From assembly GCF_009914755.1 (NCBI RefSeq), contig NC_060926.1: a stretch of DNA of 64,000 bases, one strand, 5' to 3'. The stretch's first letter is position 1; each line of letters opens with the position of its first letter. This DNA comes from the human T2T-CHM13v2.0 reference genome, Homo sapiens. A model generated the notes under the pieces. The model was not told where the DNA came from. It was given only the letters and a program-made list of their open reading frames with translations, and ran no database searches. This document shows, piece by piece, positions 1 through 12,830 of the stretch. A program made the translations under genes and the position numbers.

Positions 1-345
1 GGTGATGCCTGGTGGGAGGTGATTGTATCACTGGGGCAGAATTCTCATGAATGACTTAGTCCCATACCCTTGTTGATGAATGAGTTCTTGTTCTGAGTTC
101 ATGTAAGATCTGGTTGTGTAAAAGTGTGGCACCTCCCCGCTTGCCCTCTTGCTTCCACTCTTGCCATATAGAAATGCCTGTTTCTTTACCTTCCACCATG
201 ATTGGAAGCTTCCTGAGGCCCTTACCAGGAGCATATGGTGCCATGCTTGTGCAACCTGCAGAACCATGAGCCAATTAAACCTCCTTTCTTTATAAATTAC
301 CCAGCCTCAGATATTCCTTTGTAGTGATGCAAACACACACACACA
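1..345 (+). mobile_element. MST-family (MSTA/MSTB) ERVL-MaLR solo LTR, cut by window start
   Basis: Blocks ttccaccatgattggaagcttcctgaggcc and gagccaattaaacctcctttctttataaattacccagcctcag match the MST LTR 3' half. Confidence 0.9.
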
Positions 346-640
346 GTGTAGATCATACTGCAGCACATTAACAGATTGCTTAGGCGTTCCTGTAGGCTTC
401 TTTCCTCATGGCTTTTATAAGTCAACTTAGTTTTCAGGAGACAGATGTCTTTTCAACAACACCAATAATTTATGCTTTTTAAAGGGTCTGAACATTGAAT
501 AAGATCATGTGGAGATTAAACCCAAGTACCACCTGTCTTAAGTCACACAGTGTTGGTTCTTAACACTGTATGTTCAACAAACTAACTTAAGGCAGAGTTT
601 AAATAATTTGTTGCATTAGATTATCCTGAGCCATGAGTTT

Positions 641-835
641 GGCTGTTTTCTAGACCAGTAGGAGATCGTGCCTCCCAGAGAGGATTTGGCAATGTCTGGA
701 CACATTTTTGGTGTCACACTGGGGAGGAGGGTGATCTGGTATCCAGCAGGTGGAGGCCAGGGGTCCTGCTAAACGCCCTGCAGACACAGGGCAGGGGGCA
801 GCTCCACAGCAAAGAATTTCCTGGCCCATCAACTT
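641..835 (+). mobile_element. MER20 (hAT-Charlie DNA transposon)
   Basis: atttggcaatgtctggacacatttttggtgtcac...ggaggccaggggtcctgctaaac...cacagcaaagaattt follows the MER20 consensus. Confidence 0.85.
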
Positions 836-3484
836 CCCAGTTAACCTTTGTAAAAGCAAACAAAAGAAAAAAAGAAACACAAACATTGATGTGACAGACT
901 AGTTTGCTATGGTTGAGATATTCAGTCATGTCAGAAGCAGCAGCCAGCAGAGAAAACAGGGTCTGTAAACCATTTGTGTTTGTGCCACACCCTACGGTGA
1001 AATTAAGTGCAGTCTGGAGCTTCTAAAGATAGGTGGTGGGGTCTGCAGTGACCATCCTGGGAGCTGGACAACCCGCCAACAACTTTATCCCCTGCACCTC
1101 CCAAAAGGTGTGGGGAGAGACAGAAATAGGTTTTGGATCCACAGGAAGCAAGCCCAGCCCAGCACGGAGCACAGAATGTAGCACAAGCACCGCTAGGCAG
1201 CCCATTAAAAGCATGAGGGAGGTGGAAACAGAGACAAATGCATTGCAGATCAGCCCTGCCTGCTTCTTCCAAAGGTCTTAAATGTATTTCTTTTGTCCAT
1301 TTTTTTTTTAACAACATGATTTCTTTGGCTGAGATGATCAGTCCCAGAATGTAAGTTGCTGCTGCAACATGGCTGACACATGTACTGATTTTGTTTTCTC
1401 AGACTCTCAGCAAATCATCTGTGTGTGTGCAACAAAATAAAAGAGAACATGTAGCTTTCAGTCTTCCCAGGGGAGTTTATGCTTCAATTTTTAAATGTCA
1501 TTTGTTTTTTTTTTTTCTCATTTAAGAAAAATGGGCTGATAGAAAATTAGGAAACTAAGGGCTAATTCATAAAAGTTTCTGAAAGGCTCATGGCAAACAG
1601 GTCTCCTAATGGAATGCCCTTAAGAGACACAGCACAGAGACTAAAAGGCTTCCCAGAGAAAATTTTCAGCACTTGCCGTTCTGGGTCCTTCTCTAAGAAA
1701 TGTTATTACCACACTTATTTACATTGGGTCTCAAAACCTAATTGCTATTTAATGTGGTGAGAAGGTAGAGGTACACACATTTACTTAGCAACATCCTTTT
1801 TGATTCATTTTAAGCTCTGGTTAAAATGTCCTAACAAAGAGTGAAAACAGTATAGCTGTTATCCATAACCAACTCCAAGATCACCAGATACCGTGAAGAC
1901 GTGAAAAGGTACTTCTGCTGCAAGTCAAATAGTACAGCCACGCATTTTAAGGTATGAATTCCGTTATCTTCACAGAATCGCATTAAGACTAAGAAGTGTA
2001 GCTTAAGTTATACCATTTGTTTTCTTCCAGTAACTCTGAGTGGGGAGGCTTGCCAATTATTAACATACAGGCTAGGCTATTCTGAAAGACTTATGATTGA
2101 CAGAGAGAGCAGAATCTGTTGAGTGGGAATGGGCGCCATAGGCCTTGTCCATCCTCACCCTGTCCATCCTCAATATATTGTTTTATATTGTCTGTGTGTG
2201 GTTGCATTTATGTTTTCCTTGTCAATTACCAAAAGTGTGGCAGGTATATTAAACTTAAGTCAACATTTAATCCAATCTTAGGTTCAATATGGAGACAGAA
2301 GGATGTATGTTATTTATACATCTCTGGCAGGAGTTTTGAGCCAGGGTTTTTTTTAAAGAGAGTAGTGAGTATGGTTTGGTTGAGAAGAAGCAAGAATAAA
2401 CTTCAAGGACAGAAGCGGGCACCAGTGAGGGTGGGATCATCAGATATAATCACCCTTGGCTCTAGAGAATAACCAAAGATGGGAATCCTATTGTCTTTTT
2501 TGTTTGTGCAAGTATAGTAACATTTTTTTCTAAACTTTACCTTAAATTTTATTTTGGTCTCCCAACCCACTGAGCCCTCCTTTTTTCCAGATTTGTGTCT
2601 GAGTTCCCAGAGGCCCACATATTACTGATGTGTATTTCTGTGGGTAGGAGGAGGCGATACCCTTTCTTGGGAACCTAGTCCTTGATGTCATCAGAAATAA
2701 CACTCAAACCCACTGAGGTGCCCATTGTCCATGGACACTGGTCTCCACAGAGAATCTTGTTCTTGAGTTATTAATATTTCTTTCAGTTTTGTTTTGTAGT
2801 GAAGTCTTCTCTGTTCCCCTAAGTGGTTTAAATTCAAAATCCTGGAAGAAAAATTTCCCCTTTCTTCTGCTAGTCCCCTGGGTAATGGTGAGACATCATC
2901 CTGCTTCTTCTCAACCAAGCCATACTCACTGGTCTCCTTAATAAAATTTGGGCTCAAAACTCATGGCAGGGGTGCATATATAACAGACATCCTTCTATCT
3001 CCACATTGAAACTAAGACTGGATTTAATACTGGCCTAATTTAATAATATATTTTCCACATTTTGATGGTAAAAATAAGTAGAATAGCACGTAGATAATAA
3101 TAAACAGATGATAATAAAACAATATTCAGAATTTACTCACACCTGTAGCAGAGTTATCACTCCTCAAATAAGCAGTTTGTTTCTAGATCAGATAATGGCA
3201 AGGATTCCTCTCTTTCAACCTGGTTGCCTGAGCTTTGATTGAATTTGACCTAGAATTATTGCAATCTTAAAAAATTCTGATTAAATTTGATTGATTTTTA
3301 TATGTTATATACATATTTCCTGATAAGTTTTGAGAGAAAGTGAATTTTACATCATATTTTTTTTTAAATGCCTATTTGTAGTAGATACTTTTTTCTCACC
3401 AATTGGCAGATCTCACCAGCACTAACTCTTACGTGGTGAGGCATGAAACCTTCAGCATCATGGACCCAGTCCTTCCTCTCTCAT

Positions 3485-4045
3485 ATGCCATTCACATGAC
3501 TGTATGCTGGCTGCTTAACCCTTTGGAACCCCATTAAAATATACGCAAAATAAAGATTTAATAATAAAATAGCTGTGAGTTACTTCAGGCATTAAATCCA
3601 CTCATCAATCTACCACCCACCCACCCACCAATCTATCCATTTATGTGTTATTAAATGGATGGATGCATACATCCATCTATCCACTCAGCAACCCAGCCAC
3701 CCATCCATCAACCCATCCATCCATCAACTCATCTACCCAACCACCCATCCATCCAACCACGCACCCTTCTACCCATCCATCAAATCATCCACTCATCCAC
3801 CAATTCATCCACCATCCACCCATCCACTCATCCACCAATTCATCCATTCATCCATCCATCCATTAATCCATCCAGCCATCCATCCATCCACTCACCCATC
3901 CATCCACCTATCCATCTATCTATCCATTTATCCATTGATAGAGGTGTTGTAAAGATTGAAGAGACAATGCATTTAAAGTACTTCATAAAATGTGCTTGAA
4001 ATAGCATCTGTTCTATAAATTGTAAAATGGCGGCTATTACTGTTT
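3485..4045 (+). mobile_element. MIR SINE split by a (CCAT)n array
   Basis: 5' part gccattcacatgactgtatg...cttaaccc; 3' part gatagaggtgttgtaaagattgaagagacaatgcatttaaagtactt matches the MIR 3' half. Confidence 0.6.
3596..3935 (+). repeat. Degenerate (CCAT)n/(CCAC)n tetranucleotide array
   Basis: Direct reading; explains the H/P/S/I-rich ORFs 3645-3999. Confidence 0.95.
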
Positions 4046-4079
4046 TACCTTATGTGAAAGGGATCACCAGTCATAACCT

Positions 4080-4420
4080 TTCTTGAAAAGCAGGACCTAT
4101 GATTAGGTTTCTCCATTCCAAACACTTCAGTGGTTTCTGATTGCCGAACAAATTAAGCACACATTTTTCATCTTGCTGGCATGCCCTTTCCTGAATACAT
4201 TATCTCAGAAACCTTCCTTATCTCCACCACGGCTGTCACCTTGTCTTCCTCCAAATCCCTGCAGTCCCCTACTTATACCACTGGGGGGAAGCTGTTTTAG
4301 AGTGATTTTTAGGCTTCTTGTGGCCTTCTGAGCTTTTTTTTATGTAAGAAATTATATATGTTTTGGCAAGATACTGGCAAACTGCCATGTGCATAATTGG
4401 TGCTTAATAAATGTTTGTAT
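4080..4420 (+). mobile_element. L2 LINE 3' fragments
   Basis: ccaaacacttcagtggtttctgattgc and terminal ggtgcttaataaatgtttgt. Confidence 0.55.
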
Positions 4421-4763
4421 ATCAAACATTTTGATCCCTCCAAACTGTTATGAGAATTATAGTTTAATAATTAGTTCAAGAACCACTAATGGAACATAGG
4501 TAAATTTTCTTTTCAAATGTTTATAGGTAAGTTGTTTACATGGTTTAAAGCTATAACATATGTAGGGATCTACTAGGGAAAGACTTTTTTCCTTCTAATT
4601 TCATCTGCCGAATTCCAAGCCCTCTTAAACATATCAATATTGTTCTTTGTTGTTTACAGATCCTTCCCAAGATTTTCCCATTCTACCTTTCTTATTACAG
4701 AAAAGGTTGTCTGCTACACCGTTCTACTGTTTACACTCTCCATTTTGGCAATGCCTCTTGGGA

Positions 4764-4764
<1 letters not shown>

Positions 4765-4800
<36 letters not shown>
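4765..4800 (+). repeat. (TG)18 microsatellite
   Basis: Direct reading. Confidence 0.97.
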
Positions 4801-4804
<4 letters not shown>

Positions 4805-7800
4805 AAGTTAACTAGATCTCTATATTGCATAAAAACATGATAGAGATCTAATTAACTTGATCCGTGAAGCACTGAGTGCTGGATGGGTGGAATCAATGGT
4901 CTGAAGTCACTATGGAGCCTGGATTTCCTGCATCTCGGTAGCACTCTCATCCCTATCTGGTCTCTAACTTCAGCCCACACCTATTAGAATAGCCAAGATA
5001 TTGCTCCAGTAGAATATTGATCTATATAAAAATTCTGGGCTTAATAAATATAAGCAGCTTAAAAACAAATTATATTAATATATAATGTCATAACACTTAA
5101 AAAAAAAAGCCTTGAAATCCCTGTGAAAGTGAGTGCTCTGTGCAGGGAAGTAGGAGACACAGCATGCGTGTATTTAGCGCTAATTGAGAATTCCTTCACA
5201 GAACAGCCTTCTGTTGCCATGGACACCATCCTCAAGAGGAGGTTGAGAAAATTCCTCCACATGCTTACATGTGCCAGAGAAAGCCTGCATGTTTCCCTCT
5301 AATTTTCAAAGAAATCTCTGCACGTGGGTAAAAAAAAATATTCAGCGCTGCAACCATCCAGCAATGAAACAAATATACTTACAATGGCCTCTACATGGGC
5401 CCAAATTTGAAAAATTAATCATCCTTGGTCACATAAAATGAGGTTATCCCAGCCTTTGCCAGGGCTCCTCTGCAGTGCTTAATCCTGGTGCTTGTCCTGA
5501 GAGCTGTGCAGCAGGACCACCATGAGATTCTAGATCAATGGAGCCAACTCCCCCATGGCAACACGTCCTCCTCTTCTCTAAATACAGAATCAGCCCCAGA
5601 TGCCAGCCAGTTAGTGGTGGCATGTCTGCGGGGCAGAATGGAGGCGGCCATTCAACAACAGCTTGGCCATCGGCCAGCGAGAGTGCAGAGATGCCATCTG
5701 ATGCACCGAGTGCCACAGCGTCAGCTTAAACGGGGAACTCATAGGTAACCCAGCATCCCAGCACAGCCCTCATGGCACCCACGTGCAGAGGTGGGCTCTG
5801 CAGGTGCACAGGGCACGTTCCCCACATTACATGAGGGGCCTCTGCCTCCTGGTCCATCCCCAGTGCACCTGCTTCTTTTCTCACTTATGCCCTGGGATGC
5901 TCCGCAGACATACTTTCTCCTTCACGAGAAACAACAGCAAGATCTCACGGTGACAAGCAGGTGTTGTCATGTCAGATTTGGGTGACATACATGGAATTGT
6001 GAGGGGCATATTAACAAGAAGCTTCAACAGAGCAGATGCTGTGAGTATAGAAAACGGTTTCTCCACAGCTCAGTCGAAGGCAAGCTCTACTCAGCCCTCT
6101 CAGGAGCTGACTCCAAGCCTCCCATGATGGACTCACCTCTGAGCCACCTTTCTCTATCAGGGGCTCTCAGTAGCATTTGTGAGAATTATTTGAAGAGAGT
6201 TCAGGATAGTTGACAATACAGACTGAAAGTCACTAATGTGGTTTAAGACTTTTGTTACATTCATGAACATGAGAACAATTTGTGCCATTCAAGTTACATT
6301 AATACCACAGTATGTCCTCGAAATAGGTACTAGGCAGCTGGAAGAAATCATTGAAATGCTCAAAATGCATGAAATAACAAGAAAAAGGGAGTCAACTAGC
6401 AAAAAGCAAACAAAATCAACGCAATAATTCTGTAACACATTTCACAGAGGTGTTAATCTCAATTGATGATGATAAGATACTTTGAAGTTGGAAAGAACTA
6501 CATTCTGAGTAATAGCATGGTACTGCAGTCAACCACATATTAAAGATGGAATCAGATAAAATGTTAAGTGGCAACTGAATAACAATTTCAGGGCAAAAAG
6601 CTAGAAGAAAAACTGCACACACTAGCCCTTTAGTAAGTGGGTCAGCACTGCATGCTTTTCAGGCAGGCAGGATGGCTGGAGAACGGCACAAGGCGGTGGC
6701 TACCTGGCAACAGCGGCTCCAAGGCTGGCTCGCCAGGGGCCAGAGAGGCATCCCTGACCTTTATGGTCTCTGCGTCCAGTTACATATTTGGCACGAAGTG
6801 CTTTCTGTGGTCTTTGTCCGGCTCACTGGCCATCCCTCTCCAGTTGTAACAACAAAGCCTCTGAATGTTACCTTAGGAAACACTCGCCCCTGCTTTATTC
6901 CCACCAGCATCCTTCTCTCAGGCACTGGGGGACTCTGAGGGTTCTGCATGGTTGGGGGAGGGCAGGAGGGAAGTTTTCCATGCTGTTTCTGGCCTTTGCT
7001 GCTAGAAAGACTCCTGTTCTCATCCGAAGTTCTGAATCATTAACAGCTGTTACTCTTCTTTAAGGAGAGGTCACACCACTCTAGAGGAATCTTAAGTCAC
7101 TCAGCCCAATGAGAAAATACTCCAGTTGGACACATTACATTACTACTGAAAATAATAGATTGGATCATAGCAGTAACCTTTTTATGATTGGAAAACAAGC
7201 TACTAATTTCCTCGTGTTCTGTAATATCATCTACTTTTATTTATTGATGATTATATTTCATATCTAAGACAAGAGTGACTCCATTAATCTTCAGAGAATG
7301 CAGTTTCACAGTGTAGTTTTGTAGAAGCTCTGTGTGATTCTAACTGAAGAGAGTAAGTGTTTCGGCCTAGAATGCAATGGATCCCCGGCAGCGTGGACAC
7401 CCCCTCTCTGTGCTCCGTGGACCACATGCAATGTGCTCGTGGGATACTACAGACCAGGGAATCAGAGATACTAGGAGGAGGATTTGCTTTCCACACTAGC
7501 AACTGCCATGACTGCATTATGGCATGAGAAGGGTATAATACATAAGCCCCAGACTGTTCTAGAATGAGTGATATCTGTTGCCCCCTCTTTTATTATTGTG
7601 AACTTTGTAGGAATAATAAAATTCTGTCTATACTGTGTTTTTCTCCTCTTTATTTCTGCTCATGACATAAGAACAACTGCTTTCTCTCCATGTTTAATAT
7701 GTTCTTTTTTAATGACAAAATGCTAATTTTAAAATGGATGTGTATCAGTGGGGCTGGGTTACTAGTGACTGGAGACAATGTTGTCCTTGCAGAGATTTCA

Positions 7801-8487
7801 AACATGTTTAAAAAGTAAGGCGTCATACGTTCACAAAAATTTCTTATAAATTACTGGTATGCATTTTTATATTTGCAAAATGAATAGAAGTTGGGGTTAC
7901 TCAATGAAGCTAAATGTACCAAGTGTTCAGAGACTCTTGCCAGATCTGAGTGCCTGAACAAATTACCTTATGAAACAGCATGGAATCAAAATGAGGTTTA
8001 CGTGTATGTGTTTTGTGGTTCATTTTAGAAGGCAGGGGCTCAATGCATTTCAATACAAATATCAGGCTAAATATGTGTGATGCATTTTTATTCCCGAGAC
8101 AGGGTGATTCATTAGGATAACCAGGGACTGTGCATTTCTTTAAAGCACGTGCTGGTTGAAAAGAAAGTCAAACACCTTCGAATCAGAAGCCAGCTCTGAT
8201 TTGTACCCTGTTTGACCAACTCAAAGGAATGCACCACTGCAGTGTGGAGCACCACGCAGCCAGCTCATGGAGGGAATGTGGCTCACCCGGGATCGGAGGA
8301 CCAGAAGCCCCGAGCAAAGACAGGGCGAGCTTCCTTTGGAAGCCTTTCAACTTTTATAAAAATAAAGATAATATGTTAGAGAAAGTGAGATAAAGTCTTT
8401 ATTGTAATTGGTTGCATTCTTTTCTTTAAATGAGGCTGGACATTTAGTATAGCTTTAATAAAGAGGGCCCTGATTAAAATGAAATTT

Positions 8488-8948
<461 letters not shown>

Positions 8949-9139
8949 TTAGAGGCATTTTCAAATTCAGTATGTCCAAGGTGGTGGTTACTATGTGCCC
9001 CCAAACCTGTCCCCAGAGCAGACATCCAGTGTCCAGGGCTGTCTACTAATGTCTGGAGACAGCTTCCACGGCCAGACTAGCTGTGGTGGGGGCAGACAGA
9101 GCAGGTGAGATTCTCAGCCGAGCTGGATCCTTTGTGGCT

Positions 9140-9303
9140 TTCGTGGGGTTAGTTAACCTTCCAGAGCTGGAAGTACCTCATCTATAAAGTGGAGATCAAC
9201 ACATCTGTCTCCCACAGCTGTTGCACGAGTATGTCATATTGTACAATGCTTACAGAAACCAGCCCAGGACCTGGCACACAGTTCAGAAGCAGTCAGTGGT
9301 GGC
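9140..9303 (+). mobile_element. MIR SINE
   Basis: gttaaccttcc...cctcatctataaagtggaga core and cctggcacacagt tail. Confidence 0.65.
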
Positions 9304-9430
9304 AAAAAAGGAAGCAAATGATAACGAACTTTGAGAATGTAAGACTGAGACGTGGGTTTGGGCAGGGAAGACCATCACCATGAAGCCCTGCCGGTGACGT
9401 CGAGCACAATCTCCTTCCTCTGTGCTCGGG

Positions 9431-9650
9431 CAGGATTCAGCAGAGGATGGCCCACTTGCCAAACCTGGCCCACAGCCGACCTTTGTGAATAAGTTTTATT
9501 GGAACACTGCCACAGCTGTTCATGTGCATATTGGCTGTGTCTGCTTTTGTGCTACAACAGCAGAGGCCAGAAGTTGTCAGAAACCACCTGCCTGTGAATC
9601 CTAAAACACTAGCTCTCTGACGCATTACAGAAAGCATTTGCGGGACTCTG
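9431..9650 (+). mobile_element. MER58A (hAT-Charlie)
   Basis: tttgtgaataagttttattggaacactgccac...ctgcttttgtgctacaacagcagag; CAG...CTG termini. Confidence 0.85.
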
Positions 9651-12029
9651 GTAAAGAGCTAAGTGCCCAGAATAATCAAGAATAGATTCTCAGAGCCATT
9701 GATCCCGAAAGGTAGGAGCTAATGCCTAAAGCATTTGGCCAGATAATTTTTACGGAGTTTTTTTTTTATGTTACTTCTTCTCAGCAATTTTTGTCTCCAT
9801 TGTACTTGGCAATAATGACAACAAAATATTTTAAACCAAATCAGGATTGTGCACTAGTTTTCAAAGAGAATAATGGGCTGTGTTTAATTTGTTGCTAGTT
9901 TAGAGGGAAGAGGATTCTCAGAATAGACGTTGAGCCGCGAATGAGAGAGGACAGGAAGTTTCAGCATGGGAGAATAGGCGCGTGCACCCAGAAGAGCAGA
10001 AGGCGGGCCGCTGCTCTGCCTTTACCCCAGAGACGCAGTTGCTGCACACACGGAGCTGCTTGTTCTGAAACACGGTGCTCAGAACCCAACGCTCAGCTCT
10101 TTCTTGAATAATATCTGTTCAATCTAGAAGTTCATTAGAGTCAATATCTAAGAAATCGGGGCATATGCTTGAATAAACCTCACTACCTGAGCAATGAAAT
10201 TTATTTTTACCAACAGAAACGAACACCTTGGTTTGTCTTTCCAGACAAACCAGGAGGAGATGGGCAGAAAATCAAAGCCCCCTTATTCGGAGGGTGTCCG
10301 TGCTGTGAACGCCTCACCTGAGTGGCCTTCTAGACTAACCCACTGCTAGAGTCCCTCCAAATGCATCCCAGTGTACCAACTCTACCCAGTGTGCTATGCA
10401 AGGCAGAGGAACAGACGGAGCTGTGGCCACACTGCGTATGCTTTCATTCCTCCTGAACATGGATCCGATGAGTTCTTAGGAATGGACTCAGCAGCCAGGC
10501 TCCTCCCCACAGCTTACCCTTCATACAGGGGCATGATTAACCAAGGCCTAACTCTATTCTATGGAGGTTTTTCCTTTCAGCTTCATCCTAACACCTTGTC
10601 TGCTGCCATATTTATGCAAGTTCTTCTTAAAGCAGGAGGATCTTCCCTCACACTGAATGCAGGTTTCTCAGTGAGTTTTTGAGACAATTCAAAGACCTTC
10701 AAATATCTTTGAATTCTCCTATCACACCAAATGATGTCAAAGCCAGTAAAAGGCATTTCTTAGCAAAGGCATTAGAAATCAGCATTGCTTAAAAGCTGGT
10801 TAACTGTAAGCATCTTATGATCCATGTTACTGCGAAGATCACAGTATACATTCAGGACATTTTTTTCTTAAGACTTCTCACTGATGCTTATTATTTTTAT
10901 TTTGTTTTATTCAGAAAGATACAGCGTTTGATCTTGGCAGTATTTTTTTTTCTTTTTCGATGTGGAATATCTATTTTGTTACTTAGCTCTATGCAATATA
11001 TTTTCTACACCTCCTGCAGTTTTGGTGATGTTGTACATTACAAGTCACTGCAGCTGAGCTGCTGACCATCAGGTGCCTGTGTTGTCTGGCTGTGGCTGGC
11101 TGCAGCCTTCTGCTTTTCCTCCTCTCCTGTCCTGACAGCAGCCTGGCCACTCCCTGTCTATACCCCAGCCTGATCCCAACAAGGCCAAAGAGACACAGCA
11201 CACATTAGCCAATCCTTAGTTGCTAAAAGTCTGTGGATTCCTCTTCACTGAGGTCAAAACTGTCCTCACAGATCATTCCAATAATGATGGATCAGTATGG
11301 GAACACCTTGATTGTGGACAGTCATGAATATAAAGATTTTTCCTCAATACCTGTGAGTGTTTGCTGGGTATGGTCCTGTTTGCAACAGTCTTTGGAATGT
11401 TTGCTACAGAAGAAAAACACGGCAGTGTGTCCCAGGAGTAGCAGGAACACACTTGGCTGGGAAGTCCCACTCCCTGACAGCGGATCCAGCCCCCTCCAGA
11501 TTCCTGTGGTAATTCTGGAAAATCCAGAGCTTCTGTTAGAGAACAGCGTGGGGAGGGGAGCCGGATGGGCGCCAGAGGTAGGAGGTGAATTGAGATGAAC
11601 CAGGAAAGGGATGGAATGTCGCAGCACAAGGCACCTGCCGGGCCTCAGAATCTCAAAGTACAAAGAGAAAGAGGCTGCAGAGCTTGCCCTTTCTTTAGCT
11701 TTCTTAGAAATTTCTGGAAAAAAAAACCACTGGTATAAAAAAAGAAATTTTAAGTTATGTCCTAGTCAATACCACTTCTTGTAGTACTTGGGGTTTTGGG
11801 GAAGGATGGAGTGGAGAGAGACTAAGAAAGTAAAAGGAAGTCTCTAGAACAAGTATTTGGATATTATTAAAAGTTTTCAATTAAGAATTTAATAGATGGC
11901 CACTTGATGATGTAAATGAAAATTGGTTTGTAGGATTTCTCTCTCACACACACATGCACATGCACACAAAGAAAAAACTAGCCATGTGTGGAAATAAAAT
12001 TTCAGGGAGGAAGATTCACAAAAGTGCTG

Positions 12030-12033
<4 letters not shown>

Positions 12034-12070
<37 letters not shown>
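12034..12070. repeat. (TA)18 microsatellite
   Basis: Direct reading. Confidence 0.97.
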
Positions 12071-12075
<5 letters not shown>

Positions 12076-12654
12076 TCAGAATAAATTCGGAGCTAAGAGA
12101 TTCTAAATCAATGCATGCTTAACAGTTCTATATCCATGGAAACAAACAGTGAAACACAGCGTATGCACGCATGGCATGGAGTGACGCAGGGAGTACTGTG
12201 CTGGGCAGTCTGGTTGGACGTGCCTCCATGGTGCCAAGTCCAGGGGTCCAAGCCTCTGAGGACCTTTGTCCCATTTGATGCCAGGAGATACCTGAGGTGG
12301 TGCCATAACCAGTCATCGTACAGAGGCACTACTCATCAGAGGAGAAGTCAATTCTAAAACCTGCCCCTATTGAATGACTTATTCACATACAGTGTTCCAG
12401 TACCTCCTACTATAATATAATATAGAATATAATATAGGTCTTCTTTTAACCTTATTATTTAATTCGAGCTCCATTTATCTGTTCCCCTTTATAGGAAATC
12501 TAAAACCACAGAAGAATTGTCTGTAGCAGCCTGTAGCCCACTTCCCTCCTCATATTCATCCTCCAACCCATGTTAGCTTCTGTTTTTACCACTTCAGAAT
12601 AACCTCCAAGTTTCCCAAAGCCAGGGGTCGCTTTTCTGCTCTCACTCGATTGGC

Positions 12655-12830
12655 TCTTCTCTATTAGCTTTGCCTGTCCCTGCCTCCCTCTGTCCCTGTC
12701 CCTCCCTCCCTCCCTCTCTCCTTCTCTTCCTCCCTCCCTCTATTTCCTCCTCCCCTCTCCCTCTCCCTCCCCTCATTCTTTCCTTCCTCTGCCACCCTGT
12801 CTGGTACTTTTCCATCTCCTTTGCTTGCTC
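12655..12830 (+). repeat. CT-rich low-complexity tract
   Basis: Nearly pure pyrimidine (CCCT)n-like run. Confidence 0.85.

Noticed and set aside
3645-3999. His/Pro/Ser-rich ORFs
   Set aside because: Translation of the (CCAT)n repeat
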